DNA from: Lama guanicoe
Taxonomy: Eukaryota
DNA: 64,000 nucleotides
NCBI GenBank assembly: GCA_013239625.1
Contig: MU054662.1
Location: forward strand, 13,877,798-13,941,797
Direction of reading: 5' to 3'
Part shown: positions 11,961 through 25,180 of the stretch, one piece after another
How positions within the stretch are numbered: position 1 is the stretch's first letter
Layout: every line of letters starts with the position of its first letter
The notes under the pieces: model-generated
What the model was told of the DNA's origin: nothing
The model's database searches: none
The model's input: the letters and a program-made list of their open reading frames with translations, nothing else
Program-made: the position numbers and the translations under genes

Positions 11961-14900
11961 GCTCCTGTGCATCCTTAGGAGAGAGACATTCCTTATTCTC
12001 CTTTTTTCCTTCCAAATAAGGCAACTGGGGTTCAAAGTTCATGAATTTGTTTGAAAGTTACACAGCCAGGACTGACAAGCTAGGATTCGACCCGAAGTCC
12101 AAGCTGTTACAGGCATCCCCTGTCTGCCTTCCACAGCAGTTAGTGTAGCAGAAGTGAGGAGGCAGGAAGGGCAGCAGAAGAGAACGGGGTCTGGGGGCTC
12201 CTGAGACTTCAGCTCGCTCTCACAGAAGGTTCGAGAATGAGCAAGGCAGCCACGCAGAGCAGACGCAGCAGAACGGGGCACGTGGGGCCAGAGCACCTGG
12301 AGCCCCGTCACCCTGCCGGCCCTTGGCAAGCTGGTGCCCTCCACGGGCTCTGGCTTGACCCCATCTCTCCGCGCCTCACTGCAGGCCTGATTTGGGTAAT
12401 GGACGTGGCGGCAGCCTGCGGGCTGTGCAGGGGACAGCAGGGCCCGGCGGCCTCCGGCCCAGGAGGGATGCCGCGTCTCCACTGGACGGCCAGACCCACC
12501 GCCTCAGTCACAGCCTTCGCCCCATGTCTGCCTTTTTCCCTCCTCATTCTAATTTTCATGTACTAGCCTAGTTCCTTAAAAAAAAAAAAGAAAAGAAAAC
12601 CAAACTAAACATCTGATTTAAAAAACTACTACAATTGTTTCTATCATTTAAGAAACTTTACTGTCTTTTTAAACTATTTCATCTTCTTAATCCTGTACAA
12701 TTCGCTTCTGAGTTTTTCTGTTGCGCGTTTGGCCGTTTGTCTTAACCCTTTACTGTCGCGCCGCGCTGGCTGCTGAAGCCTCCGTCCGCAGACCTCGTGG
12801 TGCTACGTGACTCTCACCTTTTATTTCTGTTGTGACTGGGGCTCTGCTATTTTAAAATTCTGCTTCATTTCTCTTTGCAATTTTAGCACTTGCAGAGAAC
12901 CCCCTATTTCCCTACTTTTTTCACACACACACATGTGTGTAAAAACATTTTCCCTTTCCTTGTTTCCTGAACTTCTCCTATGTCTGATTCGTACTTACAA
13001 TAACCAACCAAAACAAGCATGGTGATAGTGGTAATTGTTTTTTTTTTTCAATTTTGTCAGGCTCTTTCCAGCTGTCAGAGGCCAGAGTAAGCAGACCGAG
13101 CCGTGCTCTCACGGGGCCTAACCAGGGGTCAGAGCAGAGAGGGAGCCGCGTCATCACACAGCTGTTCCCACGGCTCCTCCAGGCTCCTCCCAAACCAGCT
13201 GAAGACCGGCCTCCACTCACCCTCTGCTCCAGAGACGGGGAGGCCTCAGGTCAGTCCTCGCCAAAGCCCTAACTCTCCACAGGGGACCTTTTGATTCACT
13301 GGCACACGTGACTTCAGACCACTCACTCATTAAGTAAATTGAGAAGCGTGAAGGGAGTAATCGATAAAGCTCTGCACACCCGGAGCATCTTGTTAGTAAG
13401 TCACGGTAACCACGGCAGCTGGACGGGCTCCAGCTGCTGGACCAGCTCTAACCTTCCTCTGATAAGGAGGGGCCGGGCCGCGGGGCGCTGCGCACCGACT
13501 GGGGCCTCCTGCGAGTTTGCTGGTGTGGAAAGTCCCGGAACCTCAGAAGAGACCCCCCACCCCTGCCCTGTGTCCATCGGAACGTTCAACGCCGCCAGGG
13601 CTCCCGGGGAGGTCAGGCCAGGGTTACGGCATAGAACAATCCGTTTCAATCCAGGTCACCCACAGAGCTTTAGTGAAACCAAGGCAGAAAGGGCCTGCGC
13701 CCGGCCAGCCCTCCAGGGAAGCAGCTGACTGGGCAGGGACTGGGGGATCGTATTTTAAAGAGATTTCCAGGAGGTTCTATGACATGTGCAGCACGGAGAA
13801 GCCCTGGACGTCTGGCCTCCCTTCGAGCAGGTAAAACGATACCAGTTCACAGTGGGGATGAAAACGGTGCTAGCATAGCCAGTAACAGTAAAACCAGTGA
13901 CTTTAACTCCTGCTCCCACTCAGCTCCAATCCATCAGGGGCCCCACTGGACAGTGTGTCTTCTGCCCGGGGCTCAGGACAGACAACTTGCCCGTCTTGGG
14001 GTAGCTGGTTGGGGGCAGGGCTCGGACTCAGCCCCAACCTCCTGGAGGGAGGGGCGTCTCCTCAATCCCGGGGTGCAGAGGTCAGAGACCGGGGTGGCCT
14101 GCAGCACATGCCCCAGTAAGTCACAAGTGTCCCCTGTGCTGTTCAGAGACTCGGGGCTTGGGTGAGGGTGGCCCGCGTCCTCCCAGTCTCCGGGGAGAGG
14201 GCTGGGGGTGCCTGGGGGTGGGGCCTGGGGGGAGCGGAGGGAACCATCTGCCCACGACCTGCTGTCTGCGCTGACCCAGGCCCCGCAGAGCAGGGTGCAG
14301 CCTGGGTGAGGCTGGACCCTAGCTCTGAACAGATTTAACGAGTTCACTCGTCAGCGTGCGCTGTTGACATGCTGGGCTGGGATGTCGCTGAGACGCGGGG
14401 CCTCCCCGTCTAGGGTGGAGGTCAAAACAGCATCTCCTTCTCAGGGTCGGGAAATTCAAATGAGGAGGTAGAAACAGAAAAGCCAGTGCCTGACATGGAG
14501 CGAAAACTCAGTGAACAGCCACTTGAAAGAGAACACACCGTGTCCCAGCCTCACTGCGGGCCCCGCGGGGCGGGGGCGGGGCAGATGGGCGGGGGCGGCG
14601 TGCTCTCGCTGTCAGAGGTTCTATCTTAGTCAGCGTCCTCGCTCTCCCTCCCTCACCTCCTCACTTCCTCACACCTCCTCGCGCTATTAAAAGACCTTTT
14701 TTTTTAACCTCTTTTGGTGTCATCCAAGGGTTCCGTGCACCTGGAGATATTTACTGTTCTCCAGATGCTCAAGGCCGGGCGTCAGGTCAGCACAGCCACA
14801 CCTGGATTCGGGTCTGGAGACAAAGCGCTGCTTCATTACAGAGCCAGTGGGAAGCACCCAGTTCCTCAGGCTGTGACACCCCTAAGCTCAACAGAACCAA

Positions 14901-16684
14901 GGGCACGTGTGACACGGGACGCCCTCACACGGGCGAAGCATCACGGAGGCAGAGCGAGGCACGCACAGCCCTCGCGCCCCCGCGAAGCTGCTCTCCGGCA
15001 GCCCCGGCGGTCGGGGTGAGACCACTCTCCTGAGACGTGAGAACAAGACGTGACGGCCGTGACCCCTGTGTGCTTCCTGAGTCAGCCACCCCGCGGTGCT
15101 TTCCTGCACACCTGTCACCTGCGTGGGCCTGTCTGCCAGCCTCAGAGCTGCAAAGACTCCCCTGGTCTCCGAATGCCCCCACCCCGGCCCTCTCTCCCAC
15201 CGCGGTGCTGACAAAAGCACCCCCTCAAAGGCTGTCTGGTCTTACAAACACTGGAAACAGCAGCCCAGCTGCCTGGGGAACCGAGGGTCCACACAGGAGG
15301 CTGGCGGGTCCACCTTCGGGGCCCAGAGGACAACGGGGTGGAAAGACCCGTGGCCCTAAGCTTGCGATGCGTGACGTGGCTTCCTGAGCTTTTTGGGGAA
15401 GTCAGCGTCACCCTGGCACCCGTGTCTGCCGCGGGAAGAGGCCTCCCCTGGCCTGCAGTCAGCTGGCTTCTGGGGGAGGAAGCTGGCTCTCGCTTCCGTT
15501 AAGTCCCACTTCTCGCCTCACCACCCCTTGTCCAGCCGTTCTTCATCGAAAGTTCCATGTCCAAGTGGCCTCCTAACAGAACTCAGAGGAAGGCCACCCG
15601 GGTGAGGTTCAGCCTGCAGCAAAAGCCCGTGCACGGGAGGCCCCAGCGTCGCTCTAGAATTTCGCAAACACTGGGTTTCAACAAAAAGGGGAGAACGTTC
15701 AATCGATTTAAGATGGTAAAAATATCTAGGTTTTCTTCTGAAACCGCCGAGCCCCACACACGCTTCCCCACCAGCCACATCCAGACCCGCAGGTGTCGGA
15801 AGCCTTTTCTGTCTCCCACCAGAAAGCTTTCAGCTGCTTCGCCGGGTCCCGCTGGGGCCACGGCGGCCCACCTGTGCCGGGCGAGGGCCCAGTCTGGGTG
15901 GCCCCCGGTTACCGGGGAGAGGGCCTCCGTGCTCTCCCGTCTCCGTGAGCTGAGCCCCCGCCCCTGCAAAGCCACACGGTAGCCGCCGGGGCCTGGAGTC
16001 CGCTCTCCCCCCGAGTGCAGGGCGGCTGCTGGGATGAGAGCCTCTGAGGGCTGCGTTTGCGGGTCCTCAGACACTGCGCTCATCTCAGAGGTGACGTGGA
16101 CAACGGCAGGTGCCTGCCACCGCTCTCTGCCTATAGAAGCCCCAGCTCCAGTCACCCTGGGCCCCGGGGGAGAACCCAGCCGGGCGACACTGTGTCCACT
16201 GGGCTGTGCCGTGAGGTCTGGGGCATCGTGACACAGACTGGACGGGATCGGGGCTACAGGGTGACGCTGCCTGCCCTCCTGAACTCTGCTCCGAGGTTTC
16301 CCCATAATGAGGCCCCACAGGGGGCCCCTCCCGCCTCTGGGACCACCCCGCGCCGCAGGGCTGCTCTGGGCTGGGCCTCGGGGAGAGTCCTGCAGGGATG
16401 CTGTCCCTTCGGGGGGCAGGGAAGCGGCTCTGGAGAGAAGTGTCCCCGCCCGGTCGGGGCCCCGTGGCTGGGCCGGCCTGCAGTGAGGAGCGCGCGTGTC
16501 CTCAGCATGTCCCCACCCCTCCAGTGAGTCTTCCAGCTGGGGACGGTGTCCAAGGGGTTGCCGGCTCCTTCTCAGACACTGAGACCCCCTTCTGCCCCTG
16601 CCCTGACCTCCACCCTGTTCCTCCACCTGCGGTGCCTCCTGTCCTCACCGTGAGCAAAATCTGATTTTACTACTGACATAACGA

Positions 16685-16925
16685 CTCTTTATTGACTTAC
16701 TGTGTGCCAGTGCTGAGTGCCTGTACTTCACGTGTATTAATTTACTTAATTCCCACAACAACCTTCTAAATTACCTGTTATCACTTTCTTCATTTTAAAA
16801 ATGAAAAAAGAGAAAAGATTTTCCGAAGGGATACAGAGTTTGGCAAGGTCCTACGCATAAGTCTCGGAGGCACAATGCGAAACCACCTGGTTAACCCCAC
16901 AGCCCTGCTCTTAACGACCAAACAT
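16685..16925 (-). mobile_element. MIR SINE, near full length
   Basis: ttattgacttactgtgtgccag...tacttaattcccacaacaacc...cattttaaaaatga...ggcaaggtcc...gccctgctcttaacgacca. Confidence 0.8.
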
Positions 16926-19900
16926 TCCACTGGACACTGAACCTCTGCCCGGTTCTCCCAACCCCCTAGCCTTTCCACCCGGGCTCCCTCTGTGCCAGAG
17001 AGCCCTGGCCCCCTCAGGCCACCCTCCTCACTGTCCTATAGAACAGACAGGCTCAGAGTCACCCCGCCCCACGGGGCCTGCTCTGCCTTCGCTCAGTTGA
17101 ACCTGGCCCACTCGTCCAACGTGCTCGAGTCCAGCCTTTCCTACCACGTGCCCCAGGGACCCCGGCCTCTTCTCTCCCTGGGCCCCGGGCACCACCCCAG
17201 GCACTGTGTGGCCCCTGCCTTGGTAGGAGAGACTCTGAGCCATTGAGGGTGGGGGGAGCCGTCTAATATTTTGTCCCCTTGTGGAATCTCGCCTACACGA
17301 GGAACGTGACAGAAGCCCAGCTGACTTAGATCAGCAGAGGGTGGGCCCCTGAGAACCCCCCCACCACAGCTCACAGAAGCTGCAGGAGGAATGAGTAGGT
17401 TGGCCACATGTCCTGTGCTTTAGAGCCTCTCACGGCTGCATCAAACCACACGCACCTCTGCTCCCTCGAACAGTCGGGGCTCTGTTTGCATCTAGAAAAG
17501 GTGGCTTTCTTTCCTAACTCGAAGCACCCCTGTGTGCCAGTAAGCGCTGCGCTGCCCATGAGGCGGTGGGAAGTCTGGGGGTCGCAGTGCGACACTGGGG
17601 CACCTCTCCCCCAGTCTGCGGTCCCTGGTCTCGGGGCACGTGAGGAACAGACATTGCAAACCAGCTTCCAGGCCCCAAAGAGCATCACTTACTCTTCAGA
17701 GGATCCGGAAGCACACAGTGGGATTCGGGCCAAGTCCAGCCATTAGAAACCCCGTGTCAGTCTCCTTGCAGGCCGGCCCACCCCCAAGCAGGTGGGGGGG
17801 GCTACAAGGGGGATGTGAGAAGCAGGCCCACCCCAGGCCCACTGACTGTCTGCAAACCCTGCACATTTCCACCCACTCACCCCCCATTTTAAATAACAGA
17901 TCCCTCTGTAACCAACCAGCCCACTAACCAACCATACACCTGTGTGTATCTGTGTGCAAGAAAGGCGGGGAGAAGAAAGAGGCGGAGCATGTGCACAAGA
18001 AAATATATAAATTCTAAGAACCTGTTTCTGTGATGAAGGGTCAAAAAAACAGTCATGAATTCAGGACCTCTTCAGTTGCAGTCCCTCCCCCCAGAGGACC
18101 ACAGGGCTGCCCCACGTCTGCCCGGTGCTGCCAAACGCGGTGTTGGAGAGATTGCCCCAGCGCCCCCTGCGCAAGGGCCCTCCGGCCGCCTTCTCACGGC
18201 TGACTCTACTGGCTCCATCGGGATTCACTACTGGCCTCTCTGCCTTCATGCAGAGCCCAGAGTGCAAGGTTCATGGGCGCAGAGATCCCGTCTATCTCAG
18301 GCGTTTCTGGACGCCCAGGACCTCTGCCTGCCTGGCCCGTCATGAGTGCTCAGTGGTCAGTCTAACCTGTTAAACAACACGAGTGAACCCTAACGACCAG
18401 CAAACAGGGGTCTTGGAGCTAATCTTACCCGAGTGGGAGCAGAACCTGGGGCCTCAGGCCGTGACCTCCTCTCCACGGGCCCCTCCCTCTGCGTCTGGAA
18501 AGCGAGGCCGCTCCCTGCACAAGACCACCAATGTGCCCACGTCGACCTGAATCCCTTGACGTGAACGAGAGAGCTGGGGTCCTGCCCCCCCAGGGACTTT
18601 CAGGTGGCCTGGGGGACGCTGTGTCCCCGCCCCACGAGGTCGGGGTGGAAGCAACCCGCCCGGGGAGAGGCTGGCCCAACGCCTGCTGGCAGACGCCCCC
18701 GGGTCCTGTCCTCTCGTTTTGCAGGGGGAAGAGTGGCCTCCCTGCAAGGGCTTTGCCAAGTTATTTTTATGAACGGAACCTGCAGCTAATGCGCTGCAGC
18801 CGAGAGTCGGGCTCCCTCTTGGGTGTCACGGAGAAGAACCCAGAAGTCGTCTGAACCGAATTTAAGGAGCGTGGAAACGCGCCTCCAGGCAGACTGAGTC
18901 GGCTCCCGTGACACCTCCTGGCTGAGCGCTAAGGCGTCAGAACTAATCACTGGGTCTCACTGCTCTCCTTTCAACCGTCCCGCGAGGCCTCCGATCTCAG
19001 AGACCCCGAGGGAGAGAACGAAGGCGCTGAGGAGCCGTGGGGCTCTTGCGCGGAGCCCACCACACGGGGCTGGGACCGTGGCGCCGGCTCCCCATCCCTG
19101 CGGCCCGGCCTCTGCGTTTCCGCTTGTCAGAGACTGAAGACGTCTGCAGCTTCCTGCGCAGGCACGGGGATCTCTGCCCAACGAGAGGCCTCAACGGCAG
19201 AAAGCTGGGTCAAACCAATGCGGCGTGGCCCTCTCCGCCGCCCCCCGGCCAGACGCGCACCACCCCAGGAGGACGGGAGGACGGGCGGACTCGGGAGCCT
19301 GTGGCTGTGACAGGGAGGGGAGAGGGGCCCTTTCAGAGGACAGGACAGCTCAGGGCCCCTGCCCTGCGTTTGCCAAGACAGAGGCCGCAGGCCGAGCCTC
19401 CTGCAGCCGCGCCGGGCCTGGCTCTCTGATGCTGGCTTCGGAGAAGGCAGGTGGCGGTGAGAGGGGTTAGGGTCTGGAGCTCAGGTCGGGGAGCTTGGAG
19501 GGGCACCTCAGGCCTTCCTGGAACTTCTGCCAAGTCACTAGTTTGGGGTCTCAGGGGAAGGAGGGGTGGATGTCTGACATCCACCATCGCCAAGGGTAAG
19601 GAACCCCAAGTCCTCTCCAGTGAGGTTGGGGAAGCTCTCAGAGCCGGCAGGCCCTGCTCACCAGTGTCCTCACCTGTCCCCAGGGACTCGTGGCTCAGCG
19701 TCCTCTGTGCGGCCCCTCACCCCTCGCTCCCCTGTAACCATGGGACCAGGCCTTGCCCCCTTGCTAGCTACCCACTTCACATCTGTCTCCCTCATGAGAT
19801 AAAAAATTAAATTTTGTTAATTAAGGTAATGGAAATCAATTACCCTGATCAGGCCACACGGCGTACTGAAACAGAGCCAAGCCTCCCACTGCAGTGTCCT

Positions 19901-22900
19901 GGTGCTGAGGTCAGAGCAGGCGGCCGGCCGGGCCCTGGGGGTCCCTCCTGAGCGGGGGTGGGTTCTCCACTGCTGGCAGCCAGCAGAGTCACTTCAAAAT
20001 GGGGAGCGGTGGGATTAAATTTCACCGGCATGTGCAGATTCATTGACTTATTTTCAGCCTCTGCCTAGCATTGTAGCGGACTTAACAGAAACCACGCATG
20101 TCTAAATAAAACCCAGTATCTCCACAAACGGAATAAAGGGGCTGATGTCGGGGAGCTGGCGTGTCTTCCCTTCTCCCCTCCCGCACGGCGTCTGCTCAGA
20201 ACAGCCTGAGGCTTTGTCGTTTTTTATAAATATCCCTGTACAGTTTAAACACAGACATTAGTTCACTTAAAAAAAAACTGCTGGAAAGCAAAGGTGAAGG
20301 TCTCCCCAGCCACGTCCCGGCAGGTTTCTCAGTCTACTCTGAATTAACTGCCAGAGCAGCACGTGGTGAAACCCCTAATGGCCTCACGACGGAAGGTTAA
20401 ACCCCGTGAGGAAACATGCGTAGAAGGTGGGCTGCAGGCTCTGGGTCCCACCCGCCTGCTGCTCTGGGAGTCAGGGCCCGCGGGCTCGGCGGCCAGCAGC
20501 CTGCCTTCCCCCAAGCTCGGTGTGGGCCCACCCCCACCGCGCAGGCGGGAGAGCGGACAGGACCCGCAGCCCCGGTGCCCCGCTCCTGCTGAGCCCCCGA
20601 GCCCTGGTCTCTGGCGTGGAGAGGGGCGCACGCTTTGGCGGACTGTTCCAGCTCTCCTCTCTCTCAGCCCTGTCTTTTCCACCTAATGTCCCAAATAACC
20701 TTTGTGCACCACACCTTGTCCTACACGGTAGGACGAACCCCAGTTCACTCGGATAGTCAGGACCCCCCTGCCCCCCGTCTCAGTGTCACCAGCACCCCGC
20801 GCACTGTGCCCGGGACAGCGTGCCTCAGACTGAGCAAACGCACCTGCCCATGTGGCCATTACCTTAGACCTAACCCCTTCCTCTCTCTGTGCGGACCTCC
20901 TTCTACACTCCGACCGTATGGAGAGGGGTGCTCGGCACATCAGAATTCACCAGAAAACAGGGAGCGTTGCTGTTATTCGCTGGAGTGAAAATGTGGAGGA
21001 TCCAGCCGAGATAAAAACCGCAGACTGTGCCACCTCCGTCCACGAGTGTCGTCGGGGCCTCGGGTCGCAGCCCTCAGCACGCGGAGGGAGGCGTGTGTGG
21101 GGGCCCGTGGACGGCCTCCGGGGCCGTGCCGTGCCGGTCAGCACTCAAAGAGATGCTGCTGGCAGGTGGCTGGGCTTGCCCAGGGCGCCCCAAGCTGAGG
21201 TCCTCGAACAGATCAGTTCTTAAAACCTGCGTTCTTCCTTGCCACCACCATCTCTTCCAAATTAATCTAGACAATCAGATTATCTCAAATAACATCGACA
21301 AGCCGCCCCCCGCCAACCCCCATGCCCTGAGCAGCAAACGGTTCTTCCTGGAAACACACCATCTAGACGCACCGTGTTACCTCGAAGTCACGCCCGCTGT
21401 GAAGAACTGGGGTCTCTTGATACCTGAACTCTCAGGGCAGGAAGCCAGCTCGTAGGGAGGTGTTCAAAGTCCCCTTACATCATTCAAAGGGTGTAACTAG
21501 GGGTTACTTTAAAAAACAGCCGGTCACAGTAACCAAACGCATTTGCCAGAATAAGCTAATTAAACAACTGCCTTGTCTGTTTCTAACCTAATATTGACCA
21601 TGTGTCTGCAGGAATAAATGCCATATGTTTATTCCCCAAACGTGTGTGTCCAGCCTCCGCTCCCGCAGCTCCACAAGGCGGGCTCCTCTGGAATCACGCG
21701 GCCCTGACCCTTCGTCAGACGCTGTATCTCCCCCACAGCATCACCCCAGGCTCACAGCTGGTCCCTGAGCGTCTCCTCCTGCGAGAGAATTTGCCGCTTG
21801 TGTGATTTACCCGCCACCGTGCGCTCGGCTGCACGGACACAAAATGTGCCGCTTTGTAACTTCCTCCTTGGACTTTCTGGTTTGTCCTCTAGGGCACATG
21901 GAGCAATCTCGTCACCCCTCAAATACGTGAAGAAAGTCCCCAGGGTTCTTCTAATCACAGCCCCAGGCTAACAGCCGGCCAGGCCTGCCGTGATGACAGG
22001 GACGGCACGCCGCGCTCCAGCGCCAGCCTGGCCCTTCTGCTCCGTTCTCTTCAGTTGGCAGTACTGCTCATAAGGTGCAGACACTGCGGCGAACACACCC
22101 TGTACAGCTGGTCAGACATCTGAACCCAAGCAAGACTACCGCTTCCTCAGCCCTGGGCACCGGGTACCAGTAAGAAGCTGGGAGGTGCTACCAGAACAAC
22201 CTGGCATTTTACCTACTTTACAGTCGCTCGGGACCTAGAGGTGAGGTTATGTAGCTCATCCAGACAAATGAAATTTGGTTTCTTCCCCGAGAAGGGTGAC
22301 CTAAGTGCAGACCCTGGACGATGTGTACAGACCCAGAGAGCACGAGGCGTGATTTAGGCCCCGCTGGGACGCACTGGGCTTGTCAGTGTCACCGCCGTCG
22401 CGGGCGAGGAGCCAGCGTCCTAATGGGAGCTGAGGGGTCTGTCCAGGAGGGTCCCTCCCCCACACTCAGCAGGTACAGCGCCCCGAATGCCAGGAGGGTG
22501 CTCTGGAGTCCGCCAAACCCCGCCGGAAACTCAGCCTCGGGCGAGAGGCAACCGCCATCATTCTGCTGGGCAATTCTCGCTTCCAAATGCAGAAGAGAGA
22601 ACACAGGCCAATATTCTGAGACGTGATTAGTGCTGGAGGAATAAATACAGAAGAATGGAAATGCAAATACGGTTTTGGAAACGCACCCCACAGAACAGTT
22701 CCCGGAACACACCAAGGCAATGAGGAAGACACGCGGCCGCGGGTATCTGGTCTCTGCGGGCCCCCGTCTGCTTTACGGGATGGCCGTGGCCGTGGCGGGC
22801 TGGACAGGTACTTCACCACATCCATCTTCAAGTGGGCATAAAGAGAATTCAAAACAAAATCATGGCAGCAGAAAGAACGTGAAAACGTGCATCCAAAAGC

Positions 22901-22904
22901 CTGC

Positions 22905-22985
22905 TTTCAGCCTGCGTTTTGCCACTTACTCGCTGTGAGCTCTGGTAATTCACTTAAGCTCTCGAAAAACTCATCTGTAACATCA
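22905..22985 (+). mobile_element. MIR fragment
   Basis: tgccacttactcgctgtgagctctggtaattcacttaagctctc...ctcatctgtaa. Confidence 0.7.
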
Positions 22986-23255
22986 GAGTTCTGCGCTAGC
23001 TGCCAGCTGAGGTCTTTCTGGTGCAGCTGTCCTGTGATTTGTCCTGGTCCCTCCTCCAGAAGACCGTCCTTCCTGCAGTCCGCCAGTCCTCCACAGGGAA
23101 CGGCTCCACACTGTCTCAGCAGGATTCGGGGGTGCACGGCGTGCGGGGGCGACGGAGAGGACACACTCAGCTCAAGTCCCACCGTGGGGGGCACAGCGTC
23201 GTGGTGTTCTCTGTTTACATGAGTCGCTGCTGTCACCAGGACCACGTTGCTTGTG

Positions 23256-23257
<2 letters not shown>

Positions 23258-23292
<35 letters not shown>

Positions 23293-23297
23293 CGTGT
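23258..23297. repeat. (GT)n microsatellite
   Basis: About 15 perfect GT units plus a degenerate tail. Confidence 0.95.
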
Positions 23298-24979
23298 TCC
23301 TCAGCGCTCATCGCCCGCTCGCACCTGAGCTCCAGCTTTAAGGCCCTTAGGAAGCACCTGCGGCTGGGGTGGGGGGCACGTGGCCACCCTCTTCACCCTG
23401 CCCGTCCACAGCCATTCTCCTGGGAGCTGCTCCTCCTTTGTTCTGACGTGTGAGAATCGTAAATACAGCTCTCTGGAGGCCACTGCAACCAGTGGCTTTG
23501 CCTGGACACACCCTCTGAAGATCACAGGACCAAAAGGACTTTGGAAACCCAAGGCAGGCTTCGATGAAAAGCAGCAAAACAGGATGAAGCACTCACATGC
23601 CCTCATGGAAACGCCATCCTGTGTGCAGTGCCTGACTCGCTGTGCACTGCGGCCACATGCAGGGCGACCTCTGAGATCCAGGCTACAGATGGGAACCACG
23701 GGCCCCCAGTAGACAAAGACCCTGTCTGCATTTGGACACAGCAACAAGCTATTAATTTTGTTTCCAAATTAGCAGAAAGATTATCTCGATGGGGAGAGGA
23801 GAGCTCCTGCTAGCCAAATTCCTCTTGTCTTGTTGGAGCTGGAGTTGCATTCATTTCAGCAGTAGATGCACTTGGGGGAGAAATCCAGGGCAAGACAAGA
23901 AAGAATGACCCTCAGATCACTTGAAGTATTATGGTCTCAGTGTGTGGGTGTCCGTAAAACACAGAGACGAGCTCAGAGGAACGATGGAGAGAGGAGAACC
24001 CTGAAAACACCGTGGGGGGTTGGCCAACCTACATTTAAAGCCGAGTGCACAAAGCTTGATGAAACGCACATAAATGCCGCCCTTTGTATCTGATGAAATG
24101 GCCAGTCGTACGTGGGCTCTGACGCTCAGTGGACAAGAGCTATCCTTTCCCTGGGAGGGAGGGAGGCCTCAAGGCAGGAAAGGCCATAGAATTCGTCATC
24201 TTCGATGTGTCACCGTGACAGAAGTCTGTCACTGCAGTGTGTGCTCAGTGTCATTCACGGAAGGATCCCTGACTGCAGAAGAGACCTGCCGATTCTCCAG
24301 AGCCTAGATGCCACCAAGGCTCCTGCCGTGCGTGCCAGCTGGGAGCTGCCTGTGGGCAGGGACTAGGCTGGACGCCAGTCCCCGCAGCACCAGCCCGATG
24401 CTGCGCGTGGAGCAGGTGCCGGGCAGCGCCTGACGGGGCACGGCTTGCACACTGGAGGGAGGCATTTGGCAACATAGCCCACGAGGCCACTCCAGGGGAG
24501 CATTTAGCAGCTGTGTTCAGGAGGCCCTCAACCTGCCAGAGGCCTCTGCCTCCCCCGCCCTCCCTGCTGCTACTGAGCCAGCCACTTACAAACAGGCCAG
24601 CGCACCGTCTCCGAGAGGCCGGAGAGCTTCGCCGCCAAGCTCTAAGGATGAGTGGTGGATGCAGCATTAATGGCAATAGTAACTGATAGAAAAAAGCCAT
24701 TTTCCAACCCGACCTGTGTGTGTTTCCTGATAAAGAAATCACAAACCCTTTTCAGTTAGTAGAACAGCCCTGATTCAGGGGGACGATGAGTCAGACCACA
24801 TCCCAGGGAAGCAGACCGTGGGGGGCAGGGCCTCTCATCATCTGAGCTGAATTAGAAGGCACCCACCTCGAGCCGGACGCAGAGGAAGAAGACATGGGTG
24901 TGACCGTCAAAGAATTCACAGTCCAGTGAGAGAGAATCAGGGCCAGCAGGACACGCGAGAGCAGGAAGCTTCACCACGG

Positions 24980-25180
24980 GGACCTTGAAGGCAGGGCGTT
25001 GGGTTCGAATCTCACGTGGGCACCTCAGTGACCCAGACACTTGAGCAAGTGGCCTGGCTTCTCCAAGCTCCACTTTCTAACACCTAAAATAGCACGTCAG
25101 AGTCCACTTCGCACTCGATGAACGTCGAGCCTTTGAGCAGGGCAAGGGAATGGCGGCCACTCAGTAAGCATGAGTGCTTG
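24980..25180 (+). mobile_element. MIR SINE, degenerate
   Basis: tgggttcgaatctcac...acttgagcaagtggc...cctaaaatag...cactcagtaagc. Confidence 0.55.

Noticed and set aside
15583-16626. 347-aa minus-strand ORF
   Set aside because: Non-ATG start, low-complexity GC-driven translation, and no recognisable domain or splice context.
24995-25015. B-box-like gggttcgaatc suggesting a tRNA gene
   Set aside because: It is the tRNA-derived head of a MIR, and no cloverleaf can be formed.
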